DNA of 64,000 nucleotides. Origin: Thermoanaerobaculia bacterium (lineage in GTDB: Bacteria > Acidobacteriota > Thermoanaerobaculia > Multivoradales > JAGPDF01). Below the pieces are notes generated by a model. That model saw only the letters and a list, made by a program, of their open reading frames with translations, was not told where the DNA came from and did no database searches. This document shows, in pieces, positions 34,446 through 43,890 of the stretch (positions are counted from its first letter, which is position 1; every line of letters starts with the position of its first letter). The position numbers were made by a program, and so were the translations under genes. Location: the NCBI GenBank assembly GCA_050186295.1, contig JBFWYP010000018.1, forward strand, positions 1,590 to 65,589, read 5' to 3'.

Positions 34446-36179
34446 TCACTCGGGGCGGACCAGAGAGAGGAATTCGGGGTCGAGCGAGAGGTCGCCGGGG
34501 AGCGGCGCGAGCAGCCGGCGGGAGAGCCCGAGGAGCGGATTCCGCGCCTGGAGGAGCGCCGCGAGACCGCCCCGGCGCTGCTCGCGGAGCCAGTCCCAGA
34601 GAGTTCCCGGGCGCGGCAGGAAGGTGAGGGCGACGGTCGCGTCGGGCGCGATCCCTGCCTCTTCCCGGGCGAGCTCGATGGCGCGGTCGAGGCCGCCGAT
34701 CTCGTCGACAAGGTGGCGCGGCAGGGCGTCGGCGCCGGTCCAGACGCGGCCGCCGGCGACCGCCTCGACCTCTTCGCGGGGCAGCCCGCGACCCGCCGCG
34801 ACGTGGTCGAGGAAGCGGCCGTAGACCTCGTCGATGCGGCGCCGCATCACCGCCAGCTCGCGCTCGTCGAACGGCTTGAGAGTGGAGTACAGCTCGGCGT
34901 TGGCGCCGCGCGTGAGCGGATCGTAGGTGACGCCGAGGAGCTCTTTCTGGAAGCGTCCGCTGGCGAGCTTGCCCGAGACGACACCGATCGACCCGGTGAT
35001 GGTCGCCTCCTCGGCGACGATGCGGGTCGCCCGCGAGGCGATGTAGTAGCCGCCCGAGGCCGCGACGTCCGACATCGACACGATCACCGGCTTCTTCTCC
35101 ACGAGACGCTCGACTTCGCGCAGGATCAGATCGGAGGCGAGCGCCGAGCCGCCGGGGCTGTCGATGCGCAGCACGACCGCAGCGACCGAATCGTCCTCGG
35201 CGAGCCGGACGAGGTGGCGCGAGAATTCGGTGGCGCCGAGCGCCAGCTCCCCCGAGAACGGATCGGTGCCGCTGCCGCCACGGTAGATCGCTCCCAGCGC
35301 GTAGAGGATCGCCACCTTGCGGCCGGAGGCGGAGCGACGATCGACCCGGGCGGCGTAGTCGGCGAGCGACTCGGCGTCGTCTCCCATCTCCTCCTCGACG
35401 CGGTCGCGGAACTCGTCGGGATACTCGAGACGATCCACCAGCCCATCGGCCAGCGCCTCGCTCGCCGAGAGCGGCGCGCGGTCGACCCAGGCGCGGACTT
35501 CGTCCTCCTGCTTGTCGCGCTCGCCGGCGATGCCGCGGACGATCTGCGAGAAGAAGCCGTCGAGGAGCTCGTCGAGCGCCAGGCGTGCGGCGGGGGAGTG
35601 ACCGGTCTCGGTGAACATCTCGGCGGCGCTCTTGAACGTGCCCGCGGTGAGGAAGCTGGGCTCGATCTTCAGCTTGTCGAGGCCGCCGCGCAGGAACGGC
35701 CCCTGCGCCAGGAGTCCGAGGAGATTGATCTCTCCCGCCGGTGCGAGGGCGATGTCGCCGCAGGCCGAAGCGAGGTAGTACTCGAGCGTCCCGTTCGAAC
35801 CTTCGCCGGCGGTCTCGAGGTAACAGTCGACGCTCTTGCCGGCTTCGCGCAGCAACGTGAGCTGGCGGCGCAGCTCCTGCGCCTTGGCGAGCCCGAAGGC
35901 GGCGTCCTGGATGTAGAGCTCGAGGCCGCGGATCCGCGGATCGGTGCGCGCCGCGCGGAGGCCGCGATAGGCGACCGAGAGGGTCAGCGGCGGCTCGGAT
36001 CCCGGCAGCGGGAGCCCGCCGGCCAGGTCGTGCTCGGCGAGCGGGGAGTCGAGGCGCAGAGTGAGGCGGCGATCGCCGCCGGTGAGGCCGTGGGGGCGGT
36101 CGAGGAGCCAGTAGCCGAGCCCGGCCACGAGGGCGCCCAGGAGGGTGAAAAAGAGCAGCAGATAGGCCAGTCGTCGCAT
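34446..36179 (-). CDS. sppA: Signal peptide peptidase SppA (S49, long form)
   Basis: N-terminal TM; LRIDSPGGSALAS, SMSDVAASGGYY, TITGSIGV, GGRVWTG. Confidence 0.93.
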   Translation of the reverse strand: MRRLAYLLLFFTLLGALVAGLGYWLLDRPHGLTGGDRRLTLRLDSPLAEHDLAGGLPLPGSEPPLTLSVAYRGLRAARTDPRIRGLELYIQDAAFGLAKAQELRRQLTLLREAGKSVDCYLETAGEGSNGTLEYYLASACGDIALAPAGEINLLGLLAQGPFLRGGLDKLKIEPSFLTAGTFKSAAEMFTETGHSPAARLALDELLDGFFSQIVRGIAGERDKQEDEVRAWVDRAPLSASEALADGLVDRLEYPDEFRDRVEEEMGDDAESLADYAARVDRRSASGRKVAILYALGAIYRGGSGTDPFSGELALGATEFSRHLVRLAEDDSVAAVVLRIDSPGGSALASDLILREVERLVEKKPVIVSMSDVAASGGYYIASRATRIVAEEATITGSIGVVSGKLASGRFQKELLGVTYDPLTRGANAELYSTLKPFDERELAVMRRRIDEVYGRFLDHVAAGRGLPREEVEAVAGGRVWTGADALPRHLVDEIGGLDRAIELAREEAGIAPDATVALTFLPRPGTLWDWLREQRRGGLAALLQARNPLLGLSRRLLAPLPGDLSLDPEFLSLVRPE

Positions 36180-36234
36180 CGAGCTCTCCCGGCGCAAAGA
36201 TAGCGCGTCGCTGCCCCCGGGAATGAACCAGGGC

Positions 36235-36250
36235 TGGCACCTGTTTTGCT
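36235..36250 (+). promoter_or_regulatory. Sigma54 (-24/-12) promoter
   Basis: TGGCAC-CTGTT-TTGCT, an exact match to consensus TGGCAC-N5-TTGCW. Confidence 0.75.
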
Positions 36251-36260
36251 CCACAGCACG

Positions 36261-36472
36261 ACAGAGTGTTCACCGTTCCCGAGGAGGTTCCACTCACCTA
36301 AAACCATCCAACCTAGAAGTTTCGAGATCCGGAAGGATCTCCACCCCTCTCGAAACCCAGCCAAAATCCCCTATCAACAGGGGTATAGCCACTTCGAGCC
36401 AACCTTCTAGGAACCCCTCGCACGACGGTTCTCTTGATCGGCCCCGGATGATTCCGGGGCCGATCGCTTTTT
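36261..36472 (+). ncRNA. Putative sigma54-dependent structured small RNA (~210 nt)
   Basis: Bounded by the sigma54 promoter and a terminator; nested inverted repeats; lower GC than the flanks; no SD-led ORF. Confidence 0.6.
36436..36472 (+). terminator. Rho-independent terminator
   Basis: GATCGGCCCCGGA-TGAT-TCCGGGGCCGATC followed by GCTTTTT. Confidence 0.85.
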
Positions 36473-36530
36473 GGGACAGGCCGTTTTGGCCGCACTGCGG
36501 CGCAAATCTGGCCGAGTAGACTCCGCCACC

Positions 36531-37601
36531 ATGGATTCCGGGCGCGAGCTCCTGGCCTGGTACGAGCGGAATCGCCGCGACCTCCCCTGGCGCCGGCGCC
36601 GCGACCCCTACGCGGTCTGGATCTCGGAAATCATGCTGCAACAGACCCGGGTGGAGGCCGCCCGCGGCTATTTCGAGCGGTTCCTGGAGCGCTTTCCCTC
36701 CGTCGAACGGCTGGCGGCGGCGACCACGGACGAGGTCCTGGCCGCCTGGTCGGGGCTCGGCTACTACCGGCGGGCGCGGCAGCTGCACGCGGCGGCACAG
36801 GAGGTGGTCGCCCGCGGCGCCTTCCCCGAGCGGGCGGCGGAGCTCGAAGAGCTTGCGGGGATCGGCCCCTATACCGCGGCCGCGATCGCCAGCATCGCCT
36901 TCGGCGAAGCCGTCCCGGTGCTCGACGGCAACGTGGCGCGCGTTCTGGCGCGGGTCGTCGCCGAGGAGCGCCGCGTGGGCGAGGCGGCGGTCCGCCGTCG
37001 CCTTCTCGCGGCGGCCGCCGGGCTCCTCGTCCCGGGGCGCCCGGGCGACAGCAACCAGGCGATGATGGAGCTCGGGGCGACGGTCTGTCTCCCGCTCCGC
37101 CCCCGCTGTCCCGACTGTCCCCTGGCGACCGTCTGCGCCGCCTTCGGCGCCGGCCGGCCGGAGCACTATCCGGTCAGGGCGGCGCGCCGTCCGCCGACCG
37201 CGGTGCGCCAGCTGGCGGCGCTGGTCGTCGACGGGGAGCGCCTGCTGCTGGTTCGCCGGGGGGAGGACGAAGGGCAGCTCGCCGGGCTCTGGGAGCTGCC
37301 GCTGGTCGAGGCGGCGTCCGCGGCCGCCGGGCGGCGCGGGCTCGCCGAGCGCTACGGCGGAGAGTGGACGCTGGGGCCGGTCGCCGGGCGGGTTCGCCAC
37401 GCCATCACCAGCCGGGCCCTCACGATCGAAGTGCGCCGGGCGGAGCGCCAGACCGCGCCGGGCGAAGTGCGCGAGGGGCTGGCCGGCGCGGACGGCGGCT
37501 GGTTCCCGCTCGCCGAGGCGCGACGGCTCGCCCTGACCGGCGTGGCGCGGAAGATCGTAGAAAAGTTCGCCGCGGAGGCGCTCCGGGAGCGCGACGGCTA
37601 G
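36531..37601 (+). CDS. mutY: A/G-specific adenine glycosylase
   Basis: RDLPWR, VWISEIMLQQT, WSGLGYY, GIGPYTA, DGNV.RV, CLPLRPRCPDCPL Fe-S motif, NUDIX-like C-terminus. Confidence 0.95.
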   Translation: MDSGRELLAWYERNRRDLPWRRRRDPYAVWISEIMLQQTRVEAARGYFERFLERFPSVERLAAATTDEVLAAWSGLGYYRRARQLHAAAQEVVARGAFPERAAELEELAGIGPYTAAAIASIAFGEAVPVLDGNVARVLARVVAEERRVGEAAVRRRLLAAAAGLLVPGRPGDSNQAMMELGATVCLPLRPRCPDCPLATVCAAFGAGRPEHYPVRAARRPPTAVRQLAALVVDGERLLLVRRGEDEGQLAGLWELPLVEAASAAAGRRGLAERYGGEWTLGPVAGRVRHAITSRALTIEVRRAERQTAPGEVREGLAGADGGWFPLAEARRLALTGVARKIVEKFAAEALRERDG

Positions 37602-38584
37602 ATCGAGGAGGGCGCCTCGCCACCGGCGAGGATGTACCAGCCGACGATCTTGTCGTCGAGCTCGCGCAGGCGCTTGGTGACCAGGGCGCAGAGGATCTTG
37701 AGCAGCGGCAGCGACGAGACCTTGCGCACGTCGAGGATCCCGGTCACCACCTCGCCCGGGATGGCGAGGACGACCGCCCCGCGCTCGTGCGCCCGCGCCT
37801 GGGCCGACCGCGGGGCGCCGTCGATCAGCGCCATCTCGCCGAAGTAGTCGCCGCGATCGAGGAAGGCGAGCGCCTCTTCGCCCGCGCCCGGGATGAACTT
37901 GCTGATCAGGATCCGCCCTTCGAGCACGACGTACATCGCGTCGCCGGGATCGCCCTCCTGGAAGAGGACCTGTCCCGGCTTGAGCTTGCGCTCGCGCGAC
38001 AGCGTGGTCAGGAAGTTGATCTCCATCGGCGAGAGCTTCTGTTCGGCGAACAGCTCGCGCTTCTCGCGGATGTCGAGGCGGAATTCGCCGGTCGCCGGGC
38101 GGGCCTCGGCCGGCATCGTCGCCGGCGGGTGCGGCACGTGGGCGAAGAAGCGGGTCAGCTGATCGTTGGTCCGCCGGAGCTTCGACGACAGGCTCTTCCA
38201 GAACGACCAGTAGAGCGCGGTGGCGATCCGCGGGTCGCGCTCCATGAGCTCGCGCGTCGCGGAGAACGGAAAGGCCAGGAGCTCGGCCGCCGTGCGGGTC
38301 ACGGCGTCGCCCGAGCGGGTCGCCGCGTCGATGAAGCTCGCTTCGCCGAAGAGATGGCCGTGGCCGAGCTGCGCCAGGGTGAACTGACCGTACGGGGTCT
38401 TGCGCTGCACCTCGACGAGTCCGCGATCGACGACGTAGGCATCGTGCGTGAGATCGCCCTGGCGCAGCACCGTCGTCTCGGCGGGATAGGCGCGACCGAC
38501 ACCGATCGCCGCGAGCTCGCGGAGCTCGGCGGGGCGGAAGTGGGAGAACAGCGCCATCTGTCCGAGGCGCGCGTCGAGGGCCAA
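37598..38584 (-). CDS. Tandem cyclic-nucleotide-binding domain protein
   Basis: Two cNMP domains (FGEASFID..RS; FGEMALIDGAPRSA); no HTH. Confidence 0.85.
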   Translation of the reverse strand: MALDARLGQMALFSHFRPAELRELAAIGVGRAYPAETTVLRQGDLTHDAYVVDRGLVEVQRKTPYGQFTLAQLGHGHLFGEASFIDAATRSGDAVTRTAAELLAFPFSATRELMERDPRIATALYWSFWKSLSSKLRRTNDQLTRFFAHVPHPPATMPAEARPATGEFRLDIREKRELFAEQKLSPMEINFLTTLSRERKLKPGQVLFQEGDPGDAMYVVLEGRILISKFIPGAGEEALAFLDRGDYFGEMALIDGAPRSAQARAHERGAVVLAIPGEVVTGILDVRKVSSLPLLKILCALVTKRLRELDDKIVGWYILAGGEAPSSI

Positions 38585-38607
38585 AGTGCCGCTATTGTAG
38601 CGCCGCG

Positions 38608-39390
38608 ATGCCCACTTATCGCCTGACCATCGAGTACGAGGGGACCCGTTACCGCGGCTGGCAGGAGCAGAAGAACGCCCGCACGGTGGCCGGCGAGCTG
38701 CGGCGGGCGATCGAAGGGGCGCTCGGCGAGCGGGTCGAGCTCGGCGGCTCCGGCCGGACCGACGCCGGCGTGCACGCGCTCGCCCAGGTGGCGCACCTCC
38801 GGACCCGCGGCCGCGTCAGGATCGACGACCTGCTGCGCAAGGTCGAAGAGGCGTTGCCGGCGGACATCCATCTCTCCGCGCTCGAGCCGGCGGGCGATCG
38901 TTTCCACGCCCGGCACAACGCCGCCTCGCGCAGCTACGTCTACCAGATCTCGCGCCGCCGCACGGCGCTCGCCAAGCGGTTCGTCTGGTGGGTGCGCCGG
39001 CCGCTCGACGTCGAGCGCATGCGCGAGGCGGCGGCGACGCTCGCCGGACGCCACGACTTCGCCCGCTTCTGCGAGAAGCCAGCCGAGCAGACCTCGACGA
39101 TCGTCGTCGTCGAGCGCTGCGAGATCGTCGCCGACGGCGACCTCGTCCTGCTCCGGATCGTCGCCTCGCACTTCCTCTGGAAGATGGTCCGCCGCGTCGT
39201 CGGCGCCCTCGTCGAGGTGGGAAGCGGCGCCCTCTCCGCCGACGAGTTCGCGCGCCTCAGGGAAGGGGAGCCGACCCGGTTCGAGCCCGCGGCGGCGACC
39301 GCTCCCCCTTCGGGACTCTTTCTCGAGCGCGTGCTCTACCCGGGCGAGCCGGGGCTCGGTCCGCTCGTCGCCGTCACGCCGGTCCGCTGA
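38608..39390 (+). CDS. truA: tRNA pseudouridine(38-40) synthase
   Basis: YEGT.Y.GWQ, GRTDAGVHA, FHAR, HDF, FLWKMVR, APPSGLFL. Confidence 0.95.
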   Translation: MPTYRLTIEYEGTRYRGWQEQKNARTVAGELRRAIEGALGERVELGGSGRTDAGVHALAQVAHLRTRGRVRIDDLLRKVEEALPADIHLSALEPAGDRFHARHNAASRSYVYQISRRRTALAKRFVWWVRRPLDVERMREAAATLAGRHDFARFCEKPAEQTSTIVVVERCEIVADGDLVLLRIVASHFLWKMVRRVVGALVEVGSGALSADEFARLREGEPTRFEPAAATAPPSGLFLERVLYPGEPGLGPLVAVTPVR

Positions 39391-39397
39391 GCCGGTC

Positions 39398-39967
39398 TCA
39401 GAGCAGCGGCAGCTGCGGCGGCTCGAGGACCTTCCAGGCGGCGGCTTCGGTCTCGTCGAGCCAGTCGCCGGAACGCGCCGGGTCGAGCTGCAGGGCGGGG
39501 ATCCGGCGCGCCGCGAGCTCGGCCGCGAGCCGGTCGGCGACGGCGCGCTGGAAGCGCGGATCGGCGGCGCGCACGCCGTCGGGAGTCGGCGCGGCGAGCA
39601 TCGGCACGTGGACCAGGAGCGCGTAGGTCGCGAGCCAGTCGTCGACCAAACGGTCGAGCACCGGATCGGCGCCGCCGGCGAGGAGGAAGTAGACGTAGTT
39701 GTCGAGGATGCTGCGGTCGCAGATCACGACCGGATAGCGCGCCGCCGCGACGAGCTCCTCGGCGATCTGCGTGTGGAGGATCCAGCGCTGTGCGTCGACC
39801 GTGGTCTCGGCGTTGATCGGCAGCGGCGAGCGGCGCGCCACTTCGTGCACGATGTCGAGCGCCACGTCGCGGCGCTTGAGACGCGCCGCGAGTCCGTAGC
39901 AGAGCGTCGTCTTGCCGACGCCGTGGGTGCCGATGAAGGCGATCTTGTTGGTGGCGGCCGGGTTCAT
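39398..39967 (-). CDS. P-loop NTPase, NadR/AAA_28-like kinase
   Basis: IAFIGTHGVGKTT, EVAR, ICDRS..DN..Y, DGVR; ATGA coupled to the aminotransferase. Confidence 0.75.
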   Translation of the reverse strand: MNPAATNKIAFIGTHGVGKTTLCYGLAARLKRRDVALDIVHEVARRSPLPINAETTVDAQRWILHTQIAEELVAAARYPVVICDRSILDNYVYFLLAGGADPVLDRLVDDWLATYALLVHVPMLAAPTPDGVRAADPRFQRAVADRLAAELAARRIPALQLDPARSGDWLDETEAAAWKVLEPPQLPLL

Positions 39968-41256
39968 CCGCTTGCCGCCGGTCCGGAGAGGACTTCGACG
40001 ATCGCGGCGAGCGCCGCGTCGAGCAGCGCGGGCGCGATGGTGAGGGGCGGGACGATCTGGACGACGTCGCCGTGGGCGCCGCCGGCGAGGAGGAGGAAGC
40101 CGCGGTCGCGGAGGGCGGCGACGAACCCCCCGGCCCGCGACGGCGAGCCGAACGCCAGGCCCCAGAGCGCGCCACGACCGCGCAGAACGCCCGCGGGAAG
40201 CCGTCCGGAGAGAGCCTGCTCGACCTGCGCACCGATCCGGCGCGCGCATGCCGGGAGATCGACGGACTCGGATTCGTCGAGCAGGGCGAGCGCCGCGGCG
40301 CAGGCCAGCGGATGAGCGACGAAGGTGGCCGTGTGCAGCGCCTCGCCACCGCTCTTCCAGCTCTCCATCAGCTCGGCGCGGCCGGCCACCGCCGCGATCG
40401 GCAACCCGCCGCCGAGCGCCTTGCCGCAGCAGAGGAGATCCGGCCGCACCCCTTCGTGATCGACGGCGAAGAGGGTGCCGGTGCGGCCGAAGCCGGTGAA
40501 GATCTCGTCGGCGACCAGGAGCGCACCGGCCGCACGCGTCGCCGCGGCGAGCGCGGCGAGCCAGCCGGGCGGCGGCACGACGACCCCTTCGCGGCCGACG
40601 AGCGGCTCGACGACGACCGCCGCGGCCCCCGTGAGCGCCGCGCGGCAGTCGTCGACCGGCGCGCCGTACGGCAGCCGCACGACGTGCGGATCGAGATGCT
40701 CGACGAACGGCGCGCGGAAGGCGGGGCGCGAGCTGACGCCGAGCGCTCCGAGAGTCATGCCGTGGTAGCCGGGATCGAAGGCGACGATCCGGGACCGCCG
40801 CGACGGTCGTCCGGCGGCGATCGCCGTCTTGAGTGCGATCTCGACCGCGTCGGCGCCGGAGATCGCGAAGTGGATCCTGGCGCGGTCGACCGGTACCAGC
40901 GCGGCGAGCTTCGCCGCGAGCGCGACACGCGCCGGGTGGGCGGCGACGTCGCCCAGTCCGTGGACGAGCGTGGCCGCCTGGCGCGCGACCGCGGCGACCA
41001 CCGCCGCGGGGCGGTGACCGAGCGCGGCGACGCCGAAGCCGGCGGTGAGATCGACGAAGCGGTTGCCGTCGACGTCGAGGACGTTGGCGCCGAGCGCCTC
41101 CTCCCAGACCAGCGCCGGCCGGTCGTCGGCCCCCAGCGTGTTGATCCCCGGCGCCTCGACGCGCGCGAGCTCGGCCGAGAGGGCGACGCTCCGCGGACCG
41201 GGGAGCGCGGTCGCGAGCTGCGGCAGATCCGCGCCGGTGAGCGGCGGCCGGGGCAC
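39964..41256 (-). CDS. Class III PLP-dependent aminotransferase
   Basis: DVDGNRFVD..AG, SGADAVE.ALK, YHG.T, ADEIFTGFGRTG, GKALGGG, TFVAHP. Confidence 0.9.
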   Translation of the reverse strand: MPRPPLTGADLPQLATALPGPRSVALSAELARVEAPGINTLGADDRPALVWEEALGANVLDVDGNRFVDLTAGFGVAALGHRPAAVVAAVARQAATLVHGLGDVAAHPARVALAAKLAALVPVDRARIHFAISGADAVEIALKTAIAAGRPSRRSRIVAFDPGYHGMTLGALGVSSRPAFRAPFVEHLDPHVVRLPYGAPVDDCRAALTGAAAVVVEPLVGREGVVVPPPGWLAALAAATRAAGALLVADEIFTGFGRTGTLFAVDHEGVRPDLLCCGKALGGGLPIAAVAGRAELMESWKSGGEALHTATFVAHPLACAAALALLDESESVDLPACARRIGAQVEQALSGRLPAGVLRGRGALWGLAFGSPSRAGGFVAALRDRGFLLLAGGAHGDVVQIVPPLTIAPALLDAALAAIVEVLSGPAASG

Positions 41257-41258
41257 GG

Positions 41259-41843
41259 TCAGAGATCGCGGCGGCCGGCGAGCGAGCGGCCGAGCGTCAC
41301 TTCGTCGGTGAACTCGATGTCGCCGCCGACCGGCATGCCGAAGGCGAGACGCGAGACGTGCGGCACCAGCCCCTTGAGGCGCCGCGCGAGATAGAGCGCC
41401 GTCGCCTCCCCTTCGACGTTCGGATTGGTGGCGAGGATCACCTCCTCGACCCCTTCGAGGCGCGAGAAGAGACCTTCGATGCGGAGCTCGCCGGGACCGA
41501 TCCCGCGCTGCGGCGAGAGCGCGCCGAGGAGCACGTGATAGCGCCCGTGGAACTCGCGCGTGCGCTCGATCGGCTGGATGTTGAACGGCTCCTCGACGAC
41601 ACAGAGGCGGGTTGCGTCGCGGCCGGTGTCGGAACAGATCGCGCACGGGTCGACGGCGGTGATCGAGTTGCAGATCGAGCAGTGGAACAGCTTCTCCTTG
41701 ACGTCGACCACCGCGGCGGCGAGCCGCTTCGCCTGGTCGGGGGAGACCTTGAGCAGGTGGTAGGCGAGCCGGGTGGCGGTCCGCGGTCCGATCCCCGGCA
41801 GGCGGGCGAGCTCGGAGATCAGTTGCGCGAGCGGATCGGCCAC
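41259..41843 (-). CDS. recR: Recombination protein RecR
   Basis: LPGIGPRTA, C4 zinc finger, ATNPNVEGEATA. Confidence 0.96.
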   Translation of the reverse strand: MADPLAQLISELARLPGIGPRTATRLAYHLLKVSPDQAKRLAAAVVDVKEKLFHCSICNSITAVDPCAICSDTGRDATRLCVVEEPFNIQPIERTREFHGRYHVLLGALSPQRGIGPGELRIEGLFSRLEGVEEVILATNPNVEGEATALYLARRLKGLVPHVSRLAFGMPVGGDIEFTDEVTLGRSLAGRRDL

Positions 41844-41859
41844 GGACGACGGCGTCCGC

Positions 41860-42153
41860 TCAGGGCATCCCGGGAAGGCCGCCGGCCAGCCCGCCGAGCC
41901 GCGCCTGGGTCTCTTCGTCCACCTTGCGCGCCGCTTCGTTGACCGCAGCCAGGATCAGGTCCTGGAGCATCCCGGGGTCTTCCGGGTCGAGGACTTCGGG
42001 GTCGATGGTGACGCCGAGCAGCTGCTTGTGACCGCTCATGCGCACGGCGACCATGCCGCCGCCGGCGGCCGCTTCGACTTCGAGCTCGGCGAGCTCGCGC
42101 TGCATGCGCTCCTGCATCTGCTGCGCCTGGCGCATCAGCTTCTGGATGTTCAT
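41860..42153 (-). CDS. ybaB: YbaB/EbfC nucleoid-associated protein
   Basis: MRQAQQMQ..GGGMV..LQDLILAAVNEA; lies between dnaX and recR. Confidence 0.93.
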   Translation of the reverse strand: MNIQKLMRQAQQMQERMQRELAELEVEAAAGGGMVAVRMSGHKQLLGVTIDPEVLDPEDPGMLQDLILAAVNEAARKVDEETQARLGGLAGGLPGMP

Positions 42154-43853
42154 CGATCCTCTTCCTCTTTCTCGTCGTCGCTCCCGACGGCCGACACCTC
42201 GCCGCCGAACATTTCGAGCACGGCCTGCACCTGCGGATTCTCCAGCAGTTCGACCTTCTTCGCCTCCGCGACCCGCACCGCGGCCGTGGGGGCGCGCTCG
42301 GCGGCGCGCGCCGGCAGGACCCGCACCTTCGCGCCGCGGCCGAAGACTTTCTCGGCGGCGGCCTCGACCTGCTCACGGTTGTTGGCGCGCGCCAGCGACT
42401 CGGCGCCGAGGCGGTCGTTGGGCTCGAAGCAGAGGGCGCGCTCCTCCTCGTCCCAGCGGATCGTCGCCAGCCCTTCGAGCACGGCGGCGAAGTTCGCGCG
42501 CCGCCGGCCGATCTCCTCGAGGAAGGCGGCGACGGTCCCGGGCGCGGCGCTCGGGCTCTCGTCCTCGCGTGCCGTGCGCTCTTCCGGCGGCGGCTTCACG
42601 ACGCTCAGGCGGGGCGCCGCCGGAACCGGCTCGGGGGCGCTCTCCGCCGGGCGCACCAGTCGCGGCCGGGTCGGCGGTGCCGGACGGGCCGCGGCGCGCG
42701 GCGCGGGCGCTCCGGCGGCCGGCGCGCGGCCGGCGAGGAGCTCTTCGATGGCGATCAGCTTCGGCAGCTCGGCGGCGCGGAGCCAGGCGATTTCGAGCGC
42801 CAGCGCCCCGGCGTCGCTCCTGCGGATCGCCGCCTCGCTCCCCAGGAGGTGGTGGAGAAGGCGGAGGAGGTTCTCGTAGCCGGCGCCCTCGGCCAGCTCG
42901 GCGAGGAGCTTCCCCTCCTGCTCGGGGAGCGCCACGGCGGCCGTCGAGTCGCCGAGCGCGAGATGGACGGCGTCGCGGCAGTAGGCGAGGAAGTTGGCGT
43001 GCACCTGGCGCGGGTCCCAGCCGTTCTCCTCGGCCTTGCGCGCGATCTCCGAGACCGTGCGTGCTTCGCCCGCGAGGATGGCGGCGAGGAGGTCGTGGAA
43101 GAGGGCGAGATCGATGCCGCCGAGGAGGCGGGCCGCTTCGCGTTCGTCGACTTCGCCGTTGCCGAACGTCGCCAGCTGGTCGAGGATGGCGACCGCGTCG
43201 CGCACGCTCCCTTCGCCGGCGCGGGCGATCAGGGCGAGCGCCGCGCGGCTGGCGGCGATCTTCTCCGACTTCGCGATCGCCTCGAGGTGACGCGTGAGCT
43301 CCTCGCTCGAGACGCGGCGGAAGAGGAACTCCTGGCAGCGCGACAGGATCGTCGCCGGCACGGCGTCGATCTCGGTGGTGGCGAAGATGAAGACCAGGCG
43401 CGGCGGCGGCTCCTCGACGATCTTGAGCAGCGCGTCGAACGCCTGGCGCGAGAGACGGTGGATTTCGTCGAGCACCACGACCTTGTAGCGGTCGCGCGCC
43501 GGGCCGTACTTGAGACTCTCGGCGAGCTCGCGCACCTGCTCGACCTTGGAGTAGGTGGCGGCGTCGATCTCGAGCACGTCCATGTCGGCGCCCGAGGTGA
43601 TCTCGCGGCAGGTCGCGCACTCGTTGCACGGTCCGCCGCTCTTGCCGACGCCGAACGTCTCGCAGTTGAGCGCCTTGGCGAAGACGCGCGCCGCCGTGGT
43701 CTTGCCGACGCCGCGGATCCCCGAGAACAGGTAGGCCTGCGCCACCCGCGACTCGGCGATCGCGTTGGTGAGCGCCGTCACCACCGCCTCCTGGCCGATC
43801 AGCGAGGTGAAATCCTGCGGTCGCCACTTGCGGGCGAGAACCTGGTAGGTCAT
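42150..43853 (-). CDS. dnaX: DNA polymerase III gamma/tau
   Basis: YQVLARKWRP, GIRGVGKTT, Zn Cys cluster, DEIH, EEPP, TILSRCQ, GSVRDA. Confidence 0.96.
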   Translation of the reverse strand: MTYQVLARKWRPQDFTSLIGQEAVVTALTNAIAESRVAQAYLFSGIRGVGKTTAARVFAKALNCETFGVGKSGGPCNECATCREITSGADMDVLEIDAATYSKVEQVRELAESLKYGPARDRYKVVVLDEIHRLSRQAFDALLKIVEEPPPRLVFIFATTEIDAVPATILSRCQEFLFRRVSSEELTRHLEAIAKSEKIAASRAALALIARAGEGSVRDAVAILDQLATFGNGEVDEREAARLLGGIDLALFHDLLAAILAGEARTVSEIARKAEENGWDPRQVHANFLAYCRDAVHLALGDSTAAVALPEQEGKLLAELAEGAGYENLLRLLHHLLGSEAAIRRSDAGALALEIAWLRAAELPKLIAIEELLAGRAPAAGAPAPRAAARPAPPTRPRLVRPAESAPEPVPAAPRLSVVKPPPEERTAREDESPSAAPGTVAAFLEEIGRRRANFAAVLEGLATIRWDEEERALCFEPNDRLGAESLARANNREQVEAAAEKVFGRGAKVRVLPARAAERAPTAAVRVAEAKKVELLENPQVQAVLEMFGGEVSAVGSDDEKEEEDR

Positions 43854-43890
43854 GGGCGGTGGACTCTCGGAAGATCGCTGGTGGACCGCT

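Noticed and set aside
34310-34446. Expected rpmH divergent from dnaA
   Set aside because: No MKRT-type L34 ORF was seen; the gap holds only the dnaA promoter and boxes.
36223-36519. 98-aa ORF and minus-strand ORFs across the sppA-mutY gap
   Set aside because: No motifs or SD; the ORF starts upstream of the sigma54 promoter and crosses the terminator, so an RNA explains the region better.
42150-43853. Programmed frameshift in dnaX
   Set aside because: No A-AAA-AAG or long A-run slippery site was noticed.
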